From Trichodelitschia bisporula (Eukaryota), in contig ML996689.1 in the NCBI GenBank assembly GCA_010356995.1, positions 948,691 to 1,012,690 on the forward strand: DNA of 64,000 nucleotides, read 5' to 3'. This document shows, in pieces, positions 35,992-47,089 of the stretch; position 1 is the stretch's first letter, and every line of letters begins with the position of its first letter. Below the pieces are notes generated by a model. The model ran no database searches. It saw only the letters and a list, made by a program, of their open reading frames with translations, and was not told the origin of the DNA. A program made the position numbers and the translations under genes.

Positions 35992-36233
35992 TCCCTTGTA
36001 CGGCCCAGGTACTGGCCTAGGTACTGGCCCAGGTATACGCCCAGGTATACGCCCAGGTACTCGTCCCCCACTTTACCCTCTCATGGACCAGTCAAAGGGC
36101 TAAAATTTAGTTCTGTAACGATTTCTCAGTTTCTGTAACAAGCACCAGCTCTTTGATTGGTTTATAATAGCAGAAAAGTGGGGGACGAGTACCTGGGCAT
36201 GTATCTGGGCCAGTACCTGGGCCGTGTAAGGGG
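35992..36233. mobile_element. MITE copy B (242 bp), TA-flanked, with tandem 12-bp subterminal repeats
   Basis: TA|TCCCTTGTACGGCCCAGGTAC ... GTACCTGGGCCGTGTAAGGGG|TA; five GCC(C/T)AGGTA-type units on the left arm and three inverted units on the right. Confidence 0.88.
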
Positions 36234-36519
36234 TAGATGATAAAGGATATTGCGAACAGCTTTTAAGGGGAGTTATTTATGCACACTCCTAAAATCTGTA
36301 ATATATACATTCTTCCCTACGTCTGGTGCCGTTCCCAAATGGAACTATTAGGTGAACACCCCAATAATCTTAGATTGACATCTTGAATTGACAGCTCCTC
36401 GCTGGCCAATGGCGCGCCAAAACCGTACCGGCTTTCGAAAATGTATGGGTAATGAGATTTTACTGTGTTAGCCAATTCCATTTCATACGGAGCATGTACT
36501 TGGATAGATATTCACAATC

Positions 36520-36645
36520 CTCGAGCAATTAAAGAGCTAGAATTTAGTTCTGTCAAAATATCTCATCCAAATATTTCAATCTCAGCAAAAAATCCGAGCT
36601 CTGTAATTGGTTTATAATTGCGAGTACCTCGGCAAAAACCTGGAG
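36520..36645. mobile_element. Degenerate internal remnant of the same MITE family
   Basis: CAATTAAAGAGCTAGAATTTAGTTCTGT ... AGCTCTGTAATTGGTTTATAAT..CGAGTACCT resembles the core of copy B; termini are lost. Confidence 0.6.
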
Positions 36646-36785
36646 TAATAACTCAATTAATTAACACGCTCTATCGGGTTCCAAACTATCGTCGCGGAAA
36701 AAGCGTTAAGAATAACGCGCAACCAGCCCCATCGCGGTTGATTCATAATCATGAGTAGTAGCGTTGAAAAAATATCTATTCGCCG

Positions 36786-37435
36786 TGTCATAATACGAGC
36801 TTCGCTTAGACTGCGGGTTCAGGCTGGCTCTCTCATATACTGATTGGCCAGCTCCCCTCCCCTCCACCCACGAGTCCGAGTACCAACTGAGAATAACCAT
36901 ACCGGCCCTAGCTGTTTTTTAAGTGAATTTAGTTTGTCACCATCCGTGCTGCAGCTGCTCAATAGTTTAGCAGTTGTTCAGTATCGTCTCCTCAAGAGCT
37001 CTGCACCCGTTTCCCAACCGCGTCTGTCTGACCTAGGTGATGTGGATGGTTCAGCCAGCTCTGGGCTAGGTTGGATGCCTCAGGCATCTAGTCCAGATCG
37101 TCCGACTTTTGTTGGAGCCTCAGGCATCAAGGCTAGGGTCAGCCGGGCTGAACCTGCAGGGATCAGGTCTCTGAGGCAGGCACCCGGGTGTTATGGCAGT
37201 CATCCTCGAGTTATGGTAATTATTACTGTGGTACGGCAAGTAGCACTGCTTCATAGCAGGCATAAGTGTGGTATGATAGCAGGTATGATTGGATTGCGGC
37301 AGCAGGCATAGAGGGTTTGTTTGTTTGGTTGCCTTGGGCAAATCAGCCGTCCTATCCTTTAGATAGCTTGTTTCCTCCCACATCTCTCACCAAGCATCGT
37401 CTCTCTCTCGTTCACTCACTCTCATGTTCATGACG
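36786..37435. mobile_element. Possible degenerate solo LTR
   Basis: Begins TGTCAT and ends ATGACG (one mismatch from a TGTCAT..ATGACA inverted terminus); GC-richer than its flanks. No TSD and no second copy in the window. Confidence 0.25.
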
Positions 37436-38566
37436 TTTATCCACGCTCCGAAAGCGTCATAGCCTGTCCATAGCTCTACAAAATAATCAGGAGCACCTGA
37501 GGTCAAAAATTCGTTTTACAGCTGACTAGCAACCGCTGCGACCAAAATGCAAAATCATTTCAGATCTGATTCCGTTCTGGGTAGAATCTTACTTCGTCTC
37601 CCCATACAGTTCCACCGGTACTTAGCCGAACCCTTTTAATGCTCTCTATAATCTTTCAAAGCATTATCGGTTTTTTTGGGGGGCTTAACGGAAACTGGTG
37701 ACATAATCCTGTGGTAAGGCGAGGTTGAGGAATCCCACTAGGCGGGTTTTGACAAGCTATGATGAATAAGGGAGCAGCTAATGAGCAGGCTCTGAGCTAC
37801 TAAAAACTTATCCATAATGGCGCCAGAGCTTTTTCTTACTCCCCACGCGGAGGGTAATGTGGCACATTTGTTGGTTTAGGTAAGGACATGAACGCGGAAT
37901 AACACAATGGAATTTAACCACTGGTTAGGTGTAACCTTAACTTTTAAATGTACCCGCAGATCAAGTTTAGGTACCAATATAGCTTACCGTAGTTGTAGTG
38001 GTTTCGTGGACCTGGACGACCTACATATCATAGAAAGCGCAACAAGAGGAGTCCCTTGACACTTATCTGGTCTGATTCGCTCACGGGAAGTTTTGCTATA
38101 TCATTGCCAAGTCTGGATGGCTACGGGGGCCGTAACTGGTTTGTATCCACTCAAAACCGCCGTCTTCTAATTTGGCTTAATGAGGGAGCTGTGCGGGAAA
38201 GCTGCGTACCGGTATCTGATATTTTTGTTAGGCGTGCCAAATGATTCCTGTCCTTAAAACATGACTGGGCCAGACACACTTCGATAGTTCTAGGTCCAGT
38301 GGACTCCCTAACTAAACCCCATGGAGCGTTCGCATGCTCAGAAATTGATAAAATTTGAGCAATCATGGCACCTCACCGTACATCGCACAACGTGCATCTA
38401 GGATATGGAACGCTCAATTAACCGCAACATCGCTGCCAACGCCGAAGTCTAAATGGGATGAAATTTCGAGAGAATGTACAAAAGATACCTTCCCGTCCCT
38501 ACACAAATGAAACCTCATATTATTCTATCCCTAAACCCCACCCTGCCGTCATCACCTGCTTGTCAT

Positions 38567-41460
38567 TCACAGCATTATGATGGCGGCAAACACAATCCCA
38601 ACCGCCAGAGAGCTAACGCCTGTCCGGCCGGCGGCGTTAACGCTCACCTGCAGCGGCGAGTACTTTGTGGAGGCACCAGTGCCGGTCGGAGGGTACCCCT
38701 TGGTGCCGTTGGCGGGAGCACCGTATACAGGAGCCACGGGGCTGCCGGTCTCGCCGTACACAGGCTTCACGACTACGGCGGACGACACCTCCGCGTAGCT
38801 ACCCTTGACGGGAGTCGAAGGGGAGCCGGGGGCATAGTAGCCGGGGCTCCCAGACGGGACGGCACCCGGCTTGCCTCCACCCGTCACCTTGGCTACGAAC
38901 GTCGACGGGCCGGCCTTGTAGGCGATGGACGGACGAGCAGACGCGTAGACGGGCGTCTTGGCCGGGGCAGTGGGACCAGTCACAGTATAGGGCACGGTGA
39001 CAGTGACGGGAATAGGAGTCGCGCCGCAGCCGACGGAGCAGATCTTGACGGTCTCGGTGAACCCCTGGAAGGGCTTCTTCGGATTGTACTGGCACATCTG
39101 GCAGTGAGGGACGGTAGTTGTGATAGTGGTGGTGGTCAGGCCGGTGGCGCACACGTCGACGATAGACGTGGTAAGGACAGTCGTGATACGGACCTTGATG
39201 GGGTGCACGCCCTTCGGGATCGGGTTGGAGCCGACACCGCTACCCGCACCATACGTTGGGTAAGGAGCGGCGGAACTGATGCTCGACGGGTAGTAGTACG
39301 CGCTGGCCGAGCCTGGCGACACATAGTAGCTGGCGGACAGGGGCGCAGACGAGCCGTACGCAACCGGGACGCTGCTGCGAATCGGCCCAGGGCCACGAGA
39401 AACAGAGGCGGCGCCTGAGAGGGAGGCGGGGGGAGACCCAGCAGGGCGGCTAAGGCTTGCCGAGCTGCCCGATGCGGAGAACTGTGCACTGGACGCGACT
39501 TGCGATGAGCCGGCGGCGGCGCTCGAACCTGCCGGGAATGCAGAGCTGGCGTGAGCAGAGCTACCTACAGCAGATGCAGACTGGGATGCGCTAGCCGAGG
39601 CAGATAGAGCGCCAGAGGCGGATGCAGATGCCGATGCACTGGCGGATGCGGATGCGGACGCACTGGCGGAAGCAGAAATGGAGCCAGACTTGCTCGCGGA
39701 AGCACTAGCGGACGCCGAGGCGGAAGCAGAGTCAGACTTGCTCGCGGAAGCACTAGCGGACGCCGAGGCGGAAGCAGAGTCAGACTTGCTCGCAGAAGCA
39801 CTAGCGGACGCTGAGGCAGAGCCAGACTTGCTCACAGAAGCACTGGCGGACGCCGAGTCAGACTTGCTCGCAGAAGCACTAGCGGACGCCGAGGCGGAAG
39901 CAGAGCCAGACTTGCTCACGGAAGCACTAGCGGACGCCGAAGCGGAAGCAGAGCCAGACTGGCTGACGGAAGCACTAGCGGACGCCGAAGCTGAGCTCGA
40001 AAGACGCGACGAGCTGGGCGACGCGGAGGGGGAGGCCGAGCTAGAGAGGCGCGACGAGCTGGGCGACGCGGATGGGGAGGCCGAGCTAGAGAGGCGCGAC
40101 GAGCTGGGCGATGCAGATGGGGAGGCCGAGCTTGAGAGACGCGACGAGCTGGGCGACGCAGAGGGGGAGGCTGAGCTAGAGAGGCGCGACGAACTGGGAG
40201 AGGCTGACGGCGACAAGCTGCTCGACGCGCACGATCCCGGGTTGCCCTGAGCTTCGGAGTAGATCTTGATGGAGGCAACCTCCCAGAACCTGACGCTGTC
40301 AGTTGTGTAGCGGATGAGAATAATGCACCTACGCATCAGCGAAGTCGCCACCGTTGTCGCGAACATAAGCAGCGCAAGATTCGCCAGTAGATGCGCCCGA
40401 TTGCATAGGGCAACCCGCCGCATCATAAACGTTAGGAGCACCAGCTATTGCCCATTAACAATGATCAACAAAGAAGTGCTAGTGTCACTTACCCCAGGCG
40501 CCGCAGAAAGTAGTTGTGAACATAAGCTTCTGAGCCTTGATATTGGTGTTGAAGTTGCAGCCGGTGAAGAAAGAGTCGGGGGTTCCAAACAGACTAGGAT
40601 CGGGATTGGTGCACTTCAGCGTTGCGGGCTCCTGTCCGCGAGGGAAGAACCAGGTCTTGATGAATGTGTCTGTCCACTGCATGGCGTACGTGCCACCTCC
40701 GTTGGCGTTGAACGGAGCACCAAAGGTCGCTGGAATGCCCGAATCAATACCGCAGCCGACAGTATTCTCGATAGCCCCCGCAGCATTGTTGGTCTGTCTC
40801 CGCGTCAGTCATATTTTTTCAACCAGTCAAATGTGCCATTCTAGTTACCGCGCAGTTGGAGGCGGCGACAGTCCCCTTATCACCAGCACCTTGGTCCGTG
40901 ATCTGGCACACAGGGTTCCCCGTATGGAGGGAATACTTGTTGGTCGTAAAAAGGTTCACGCCCTCGATGATATCTGTGGTCATTAGCTGACGCCTCATTC
41001 GACCCTGCTATCCTTACCGATCTCGCCCCCGAGGGGCCATGTATCCGCGGCACCGAGCGTCCAGAAGGATGGCCAGATACCGCACTTGCCGCCGGGCATG
41101 TGCTTGACGTCCGCAATGAAGAGGCCTTTGTGGTACGAATTTATGCCCTCCAGGCGAACACTGGGACGGCCGCGGGCGTTGGCAGCAAGTGCTCCCGTGC
41201 CGACGCCCCATTTAGCACTGTTGGATGTGGCAGAGATAAGGCTGGCAGCATCGCCGCGGGACAGGTAACTATGTGCATGAGTAAGGCTTCGTAGCCTGCC
41301 GTTGAACTTACTCGACGAAACCCTCTGACGGATCATTCCCCGTGAAAAATGCAAAATTGTCAAAGAAAGTGGTGCCCTGGTAGGTCTCCAACGGAACATA
41401 GTTGAGAGCGCTGGCGGAAGCCAGGAGCGAGCTCAACCCAAAAAAGACAGACGAACGCAT
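38567..41460 (-). CDS. Secreted, probably GPI-anchored GH16 endo-1,3(4)-beta-glucanase (Lam16A/Eng2/XgeA-like) with a Ser/Ala-rich repeat stalk
   Basis: Signal peptide MRSSVFFGLSSLLASASA; FFDNFAFFTGNDPSEGFV, GRPSVRLE, GLFIADVKHMPGGKCGIWPSFWTLG, catalytic WPLGGEI/DIIEGVN split by an intron, FNANGGGTYAMQW, TTFCGAW; hydrophobic C-terminus ...NAAGRTGVSSLAVGIVFAAIIML. Confidence 0.92.
39680..40215 (-). repeat. Coding tandem repeats in the GH16 stalk: about 5 x 45 nt (SSSASPSASPSSSRL) and several about 42-nt units (SASASASASASKSD)
   Basis: Visible directly in both the DNA and the translation of ORF 38567..40441. Confidence 0.92.
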
Positions 41461-44400
41461 CGTGAAATGAGTGACTAGTATTAGATACTAAAAAATGAAT
41501 GTATGGCCGTAGGGGCGATATGGTCTGCAGAGGCGGCTCTTCACCAACATGGGCGGGAGCGGCTTGTATATGAGAACCTCCTGGGCCGCTCGGCCTTTCC
41601 CCTTTGGCAGCCATGATCATGGATGGGCGATGAGGCGCTACTGCATTTGATCCTAAGTCAATGGCGTTCGGCTGAAAGTGGACGCGAGGCTGGTCTGTCG
41701 GCCGCTACGTCGAGGCGCGCCCGCCCGTGACTAGGCTGGACGAATGGTCCAATGGCATGCTAAATCGACTCAGCTCGCGCGGCTCCTAGGCGCTATTCGA
41801 GCCAGCCCTGACTTCCATCTTTGAGATTGTTCACTGTCAAAAGGCCGCGCTTGTCGGCGCCATGTGTCGTGCTAGTCCAGATGCGCGATAGGGAATGCAG
41901 ATTGCACCCCCCGTTGACGACGAGGCGGTGGGCGCAACCAAGAAGTTCAGTTTTTCAAAGCACACAACACCACTTCCAAGCCTCGAGGAGATTTTTGACC
42001 GTTGCAACTTCTTTTTTGCCCAGATTGGGGCTGAAAAATAGGGCCGATTGTAACAACGTAAATTGGTACTTGCATGTAAACCGTCAGACCAGTGCGAGGG
42101 GATAGAAGGGGGGGGACGGAAACAAGCCAAGTTGACGATCGTAAATGTGCCATTTATGTCACCCGAAGGATCGCGGCCTGGGCCGTCTTGAGGCAGTTTA
42201 ACTAGACCATTGGACGCTAGACATCGCTTGCCACCTCCCCCTATCGAGAAGTGCGGTTGAAGCCGACTACCGAAGCAAAAATGGGATGGCCAGTTTGAGA
42301 GGTCAGTCCGGTAAGAGAGAAAAGTTACGGATGTACCGTACAAAAGGGCAGCTCTAGACCATTCGCAAGCGCGGGGCGGGGAGGAGTGGAGCTCTTCTGC
42401 CGTAACTACCAATATGCGGATGCAATCGAGACTCTCACTGGAAGCTTTTGAGTGGGGCGAGGCTTTTAAGGATGTGATGTCAAGGGGATTATTATTGTCG
42501 TCGTCCGCCCTGCTGGTCCTTACGCTCAGGAACGAGCCGGATCTCCCCTGCCAAGAAGCATGGGGTACTTGCACATCCCTTCCCCATCCCCCGCCGGCCG
42601 CGCGTGGCTTCACGGGAGCGCGCCATGGGTTGTGTTGTTGTCCAAAGGCGGTTAAGCGCATCGCTTGCATGTCGTAAGGTCTACAGGGGTAGCAAGCCAT
42701 GTAAAGCCACATTCCCTTTCCTCTCTCCTTCACTTCCTCACCAATCCCCCCCCCTTTCTGGTGCTCCTGTTGTTCGTTTGCTTCCAGGCGTTGTGCCTCT
42801 TCGTCCACTTTGCTATTAAAGTATCGTTGTCGCTGCCGTTGTCGCTGCCGTTGGTTCAGCCTCTGTCTTTTTATACATCAACCGTTCCAACCCCGTTGAG
42901 TTGCTATGTTGGAGCGATCAGCTCAAGCTTTGTGACTATCCTTGTGCTGGTCTCTTCACGGCCTCGACCTTCCAAGCTCTGCTATCTCCACACATGCATT
43001 CATTGCCTTTTACGTAGGCCCATGCCTCGGATCATTCGGCCATATCCTTGCTACGGAGGTAGCTACCCTAGCTGGCCCATCGTTGACCAGTACTCTTATT
43101 CGCGTCCTTTCCTTCTGCTATGCCCACACGTACACCAACCAATGCGGATATACTCTGACTACGGATATACTGTCCTGCTAGAGATGGCGAAGATGCGGTC
43201 CAAGTTAATGGGTCAAACTTGACCTGTGGAGTATACTCCATAACAACGTTCCCATCTTATTCCGTGTCTGTCCTCATCTACCAATCCACGTACCAGACCC
43301 GGCCTTACACATACAGAGTGAGCACCGCTCGTATATGGGTTTTGTCAATTCCCATGAGCATTGCCGTCGCACGATACCAGTTTTGTCGCCTGCTGTTCAC
43401 GCTCAACCCGCTGCTGTCTACGAAGAAACGGATCGTTAAGCCATTGCCGGTGAAGGCTTTGGTACCACAAACCTCGATCACGCTTCCCTTTAGCTCTTCC
43501 ATTCATCCTGTCCGCGCTGTCGCCTGGCCATTCACCGGTTCCTCTTCACTGCGAACCTCGTTCGATTCCTGGATAAGGACTGAAGCATATACGTACCAAT
43601 TCCTTCCGCGCACCTCACTTGCCCCGGCCTAACTTGACACGCTTGATTCCGTATACAATCCCTCGACCATTGTGATAATTTTCCCGTTGGCTGCGCTCCC
43701 AATATCCGCCAATCTTCGTCCTATTAACGAGATGTTTAATGAGCGCTCAAGTCTCTGTGATTTGGTGCCAGTGTCTTTGCCGCACAGGTTTTCCGATTTG
43801 CACTTGAGAATAGACTTTTGTGGAACCAAAAGGTACGAGAGGAACAAACACCGATACTTTCAGGACAGCCCGGGACAAAGAGACGATGGCCTTGACGCCC
43901 TCACGTTTCGAAGCTCTCTGGGCCGTCTTTCTTGCGATCCCGCTAAAAAGATATTTGTTGAGGGGCTGTTGAGCAGACCAGGATGAGAGTTCCGGACCAA
44001 AGTAGAATAGGTGCTGTGAACCATGGATTTCACGGCTCCGTCCAACTCTTTTGCGGGCGCAGAGTTGTTCAGAGGGTGTCTATCGATAGCCCATTCCAGT
44101 AGCCAGTTGTCCTAGGCTAAAAGTGACTGTCAGCCTTCCCTGTGTCGGCACCAGTGATGCCTTTGACATGCCGTCATAAAATAATAGGACCCTATCAGAT
44201 AAAGTGTTTTTGGGGAGAGCTGTCCAGTTCGGGAGATGGTAGATGGGGGTTTTTGGTGTCCGCCAGGCAGCGTGTCAGCGGTGTAGCATCTAGACGTGAC
44301 ATGTCTGTTCAGGTAAAGATGCGGCACAAACGCGGCTTCCGGTTGTCTTTCACAGTCCGGGTACCAAACGGACATAGCTTTCCGTTTTACGTTTTCACCT

Positions 44401-45355
44401 GAACTCTCAACGAGGATAACCGGGCTTCAATGTGGTGATGCGACTATAGCCTAAGTTATCGTCCCCACTCCTACAGGACACTAGACAAAGAGGTCCTGTC
44501 TACGACGCCAACTGCAGATTTTAAGCCATAACCGGGGATTTCGTGTAGTCCAGGGGATGGATACTCATCTAGTAAAGGGGAACGAGCCCAGAGCCCCTCA
44601 AAAAGAGAGCCAGAATGCGAGAGTTGGTCCATAAGTTCGGCTAAATTGCCCATTGAAACTCTCCAGTGAAGGGAATCCATATATGATAATTGACTTGATC
44701 AACCTACGGTATTCGTAAGTTGGATGATTCCGATGCATGTAAAGGGATGACGTTGATAGACTTCATCTTGGCAGTCTGTCAGATCGACTTGGCTGAGGGC
44801 CTGATCGCGCCATGTCTCACCTTACTTCCATTTTCGTCGACGATCACAGGAAATACCGTCTACTACGTAGGCTAAGGCCGATTCATTATGTGGCCAGGAT
44901 ATCGAAGCTTTGGCTGACTACTTCAGACCCTTTTGAGGCAGTTGATTTCTAGATGAACGGCATCGTCAGTCATACCGTACGCAATCAACCGAACAAGTCG
45001 AGTGTGATAAATACACTACCGTACACACTGGGCTTCCCATTCAACTCTAACTGAAAAGGCATGACCACATTTACGATATAGGGGCAGCAGTAACTCGAAA
45101 GCTAGCGATACTCGTAGCGACATAATGGAATAGAAAGCCTCATAATCACTGGACGTACAATTTGCTGGGTTAGGCGTACTGTGCCAGCAATAGGACCTGA
45201 CGATATTGCTCTAGAAGTTGAAGCACTAACGTCAATGCAAGCCCCGCGTCGTCCCATGTTTATCCAATACATTGCCTGGAATGAATCCAGGCTTCTGCAG
45301 CAAGTGGTTGAGCATAGACTGCCAGGTTCAAAAATGGCCACCCTCCTCCCAGTAT

Positions 45356-46438
45356 CTACGCTAAAATGTTAAGAACTTTCTTCCCATCCAGCCATCTTTC
45401 CACGTTTTCTGCTGCTTCCGCATACCAGTTGTTGATGGTTTCCTCTTCCACGTATCCCATGTGGGGACTCAAAAGCACCCGACTCGTACCATTAGAACCC
45501 CACTCAGTAGTACGCCACGGACTGTCGAGAGGAAGAGGTTCAATATCAAAGACATCAAGAGCAGCCCCTCTGATCTTACCCGCCCGAAGCACCTCGAGAA
45601 GTGCATCCTCATTCACCAACGGCCCCCGGGAGGTGTTGATGAAAAACGCAGTCGCCTTCATGAGCGCGAGATCGTCGGCGCCGATGCTGCCCCTCGATCG
45701 GGCGCTCAAGACATAGTGAATGCTGACGATGTCGGAATTGCGGAAAAGATAGGACTTGGACACGACTTTGAAGGTACTCTCGCTGTCTTCCGTCTCAAGA
45801 GGCAGCCTGGCCGACTGAGCAGCAGCATCGGCCTTTTCTTGCGTAAGATTCTCACTCCAGCAGATGACCTTCATTCCCCAGATAGACACGGCAATTCGGG
45901 CTGCTAGTACACCCAGTCGACCGAGACCCACAACACCCAAGGTCTTTCCTGAGAGTCCCATGGCGAGAGAAGATTGCCAGCCGCCAGTTTTGACAAGCAA
46001 GTCGTCGGCAGCCACATTCCGAATCAGTGCGAGAATCAGCGCCCATGTGTGCTGGGTGGTGGAATTGACACCCTTTTTCAAGGGCGCTGTAGGGTGCGGG
46101 CGGTCGGTTCGACCTTTGCCAGTTGCAGTAGCTACGGTTATGCCCAACTCCTTAGCCGTAGTAAAGTCGAATGTTTGATGCTGCGAGCCCGTGCAAAGAA
46201 GTAACTTCAAATTTGGCAGCTCACGTAGCAGTGAGCCAGGAAAGGGGGTTCGCTCCCGCATAGTGGAGATGATAGTGAACGGTCGAAGGCGCTCGACAAG
46301 CGCAGCCTTCTCGGCGGGCGTCTTGAATGGCAGGGCATCGGTAAAAATTGTGATTGTGAGAGTGGATCTAGGAATGTGCGCAAAGTGCGGCCTTGAAGTA
46401 GACAAATAATCATCAAGGATGGCGAGAGAGTGCGACAT
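45356..46438 (-). CDS. D-isomer-specific 2-hydroxyacid dehydrogenase (PGDH-like), intronless
   Basis: 360-aa ORF with AILDDY, TMRERTPFP, GLGRLG (NAD binding), INTSRGPLV, LDVFDIEPLP and SPHMGYV (Arg/Glu/His catalytic triad). Confidence 0.92.
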   Translation of the reverse strand: MSHSLAILDDYLSTSRPHFAHIPRSTLTITIFTDALPFKTPAEKAALVERLRPFTIISTMRERTPFPGSLLRELPNLKLLLCTGSQHQTFDFTTAKELGITVATATGKGRTDRPHPTAPLKKGVNSTTQHTWALILALIRNVAADDLLVKTGGWQSSLAMGLSGKTLGVVGLGRLGVLAARIAVSIWGMKVICWSENLTQEKADAAAQSARLPLETEDSESTFKVVSKSYLFRNSDIVSIHYVLSARSRGSIGADDLALMKATAFFINTSRGPLVNEDALLEVLRAGKIRGAALDVFDIEPLPLDSPWRTTEWGSNGTSRVLLSPHMGYVEEETINNWYAEAAENVERWLDGKKVLNILA

Positions 46439-47089
46439 TGTGATGGCTTAGTAGACGAGGAGTTCGGTAGGGAGCGGTGATGCGAACGGTTCTGCAAACT
46501 GGGTGGTAGAAGCGGTCGAGCACATACGGGTAGCAGCGAGGGCGATCTACACTTTAACATTAATGTAAACCATGTTACCGGGTGTGAATGCCATTACCAA
46601 GCATCACGAGTGCTTGATTGCGGGGTGAGCGGCAACTTGCCCGATTCGGAATGCCGATGTCGGGATGAGGTCAGCGATGAGTTTGTGCCTTATAGGTTAG
46701 GGATTGACTACAGTATGAGGGTTGCTTAAGGTCTGGGCAATGATACAGGATCATTTGGGGGAAAGGGTTGTGATTGGAGTGAGTCGTGTACTGTAGTAAG
46801 GTCGAGGAGAACTGCCTCGTCATCTGCGGAGGATATGTAAAGGCGAAAAAGTGGAGTGCGCCACACGTTGAGGTGGGGAAAAGAGTCATGGTGGATCCCG
46901 GATCATCCTTTTATCCGCCTCCACAGTGTGGAGGAAGCTGCAGCTCCGATTTCGCAGCGTTTTTTGACGCTCGGGCACACAGAAAAATCTCACCATATTT
47001 GCTCCAAAGACTCATAACTCTTCTCCTCATTCATTCCCCCTCCAACCTCACATCTGCACCCAACCTTTCTACCCAATTCATACTACGCA

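Noticed and set aside
35992..36070. Short direct repeats as a CRISPR-like array
   Set aside because: Contiguous 12-bp units without spacers, inside a MITE arm, in a eukaryote with no cas genes in the window.
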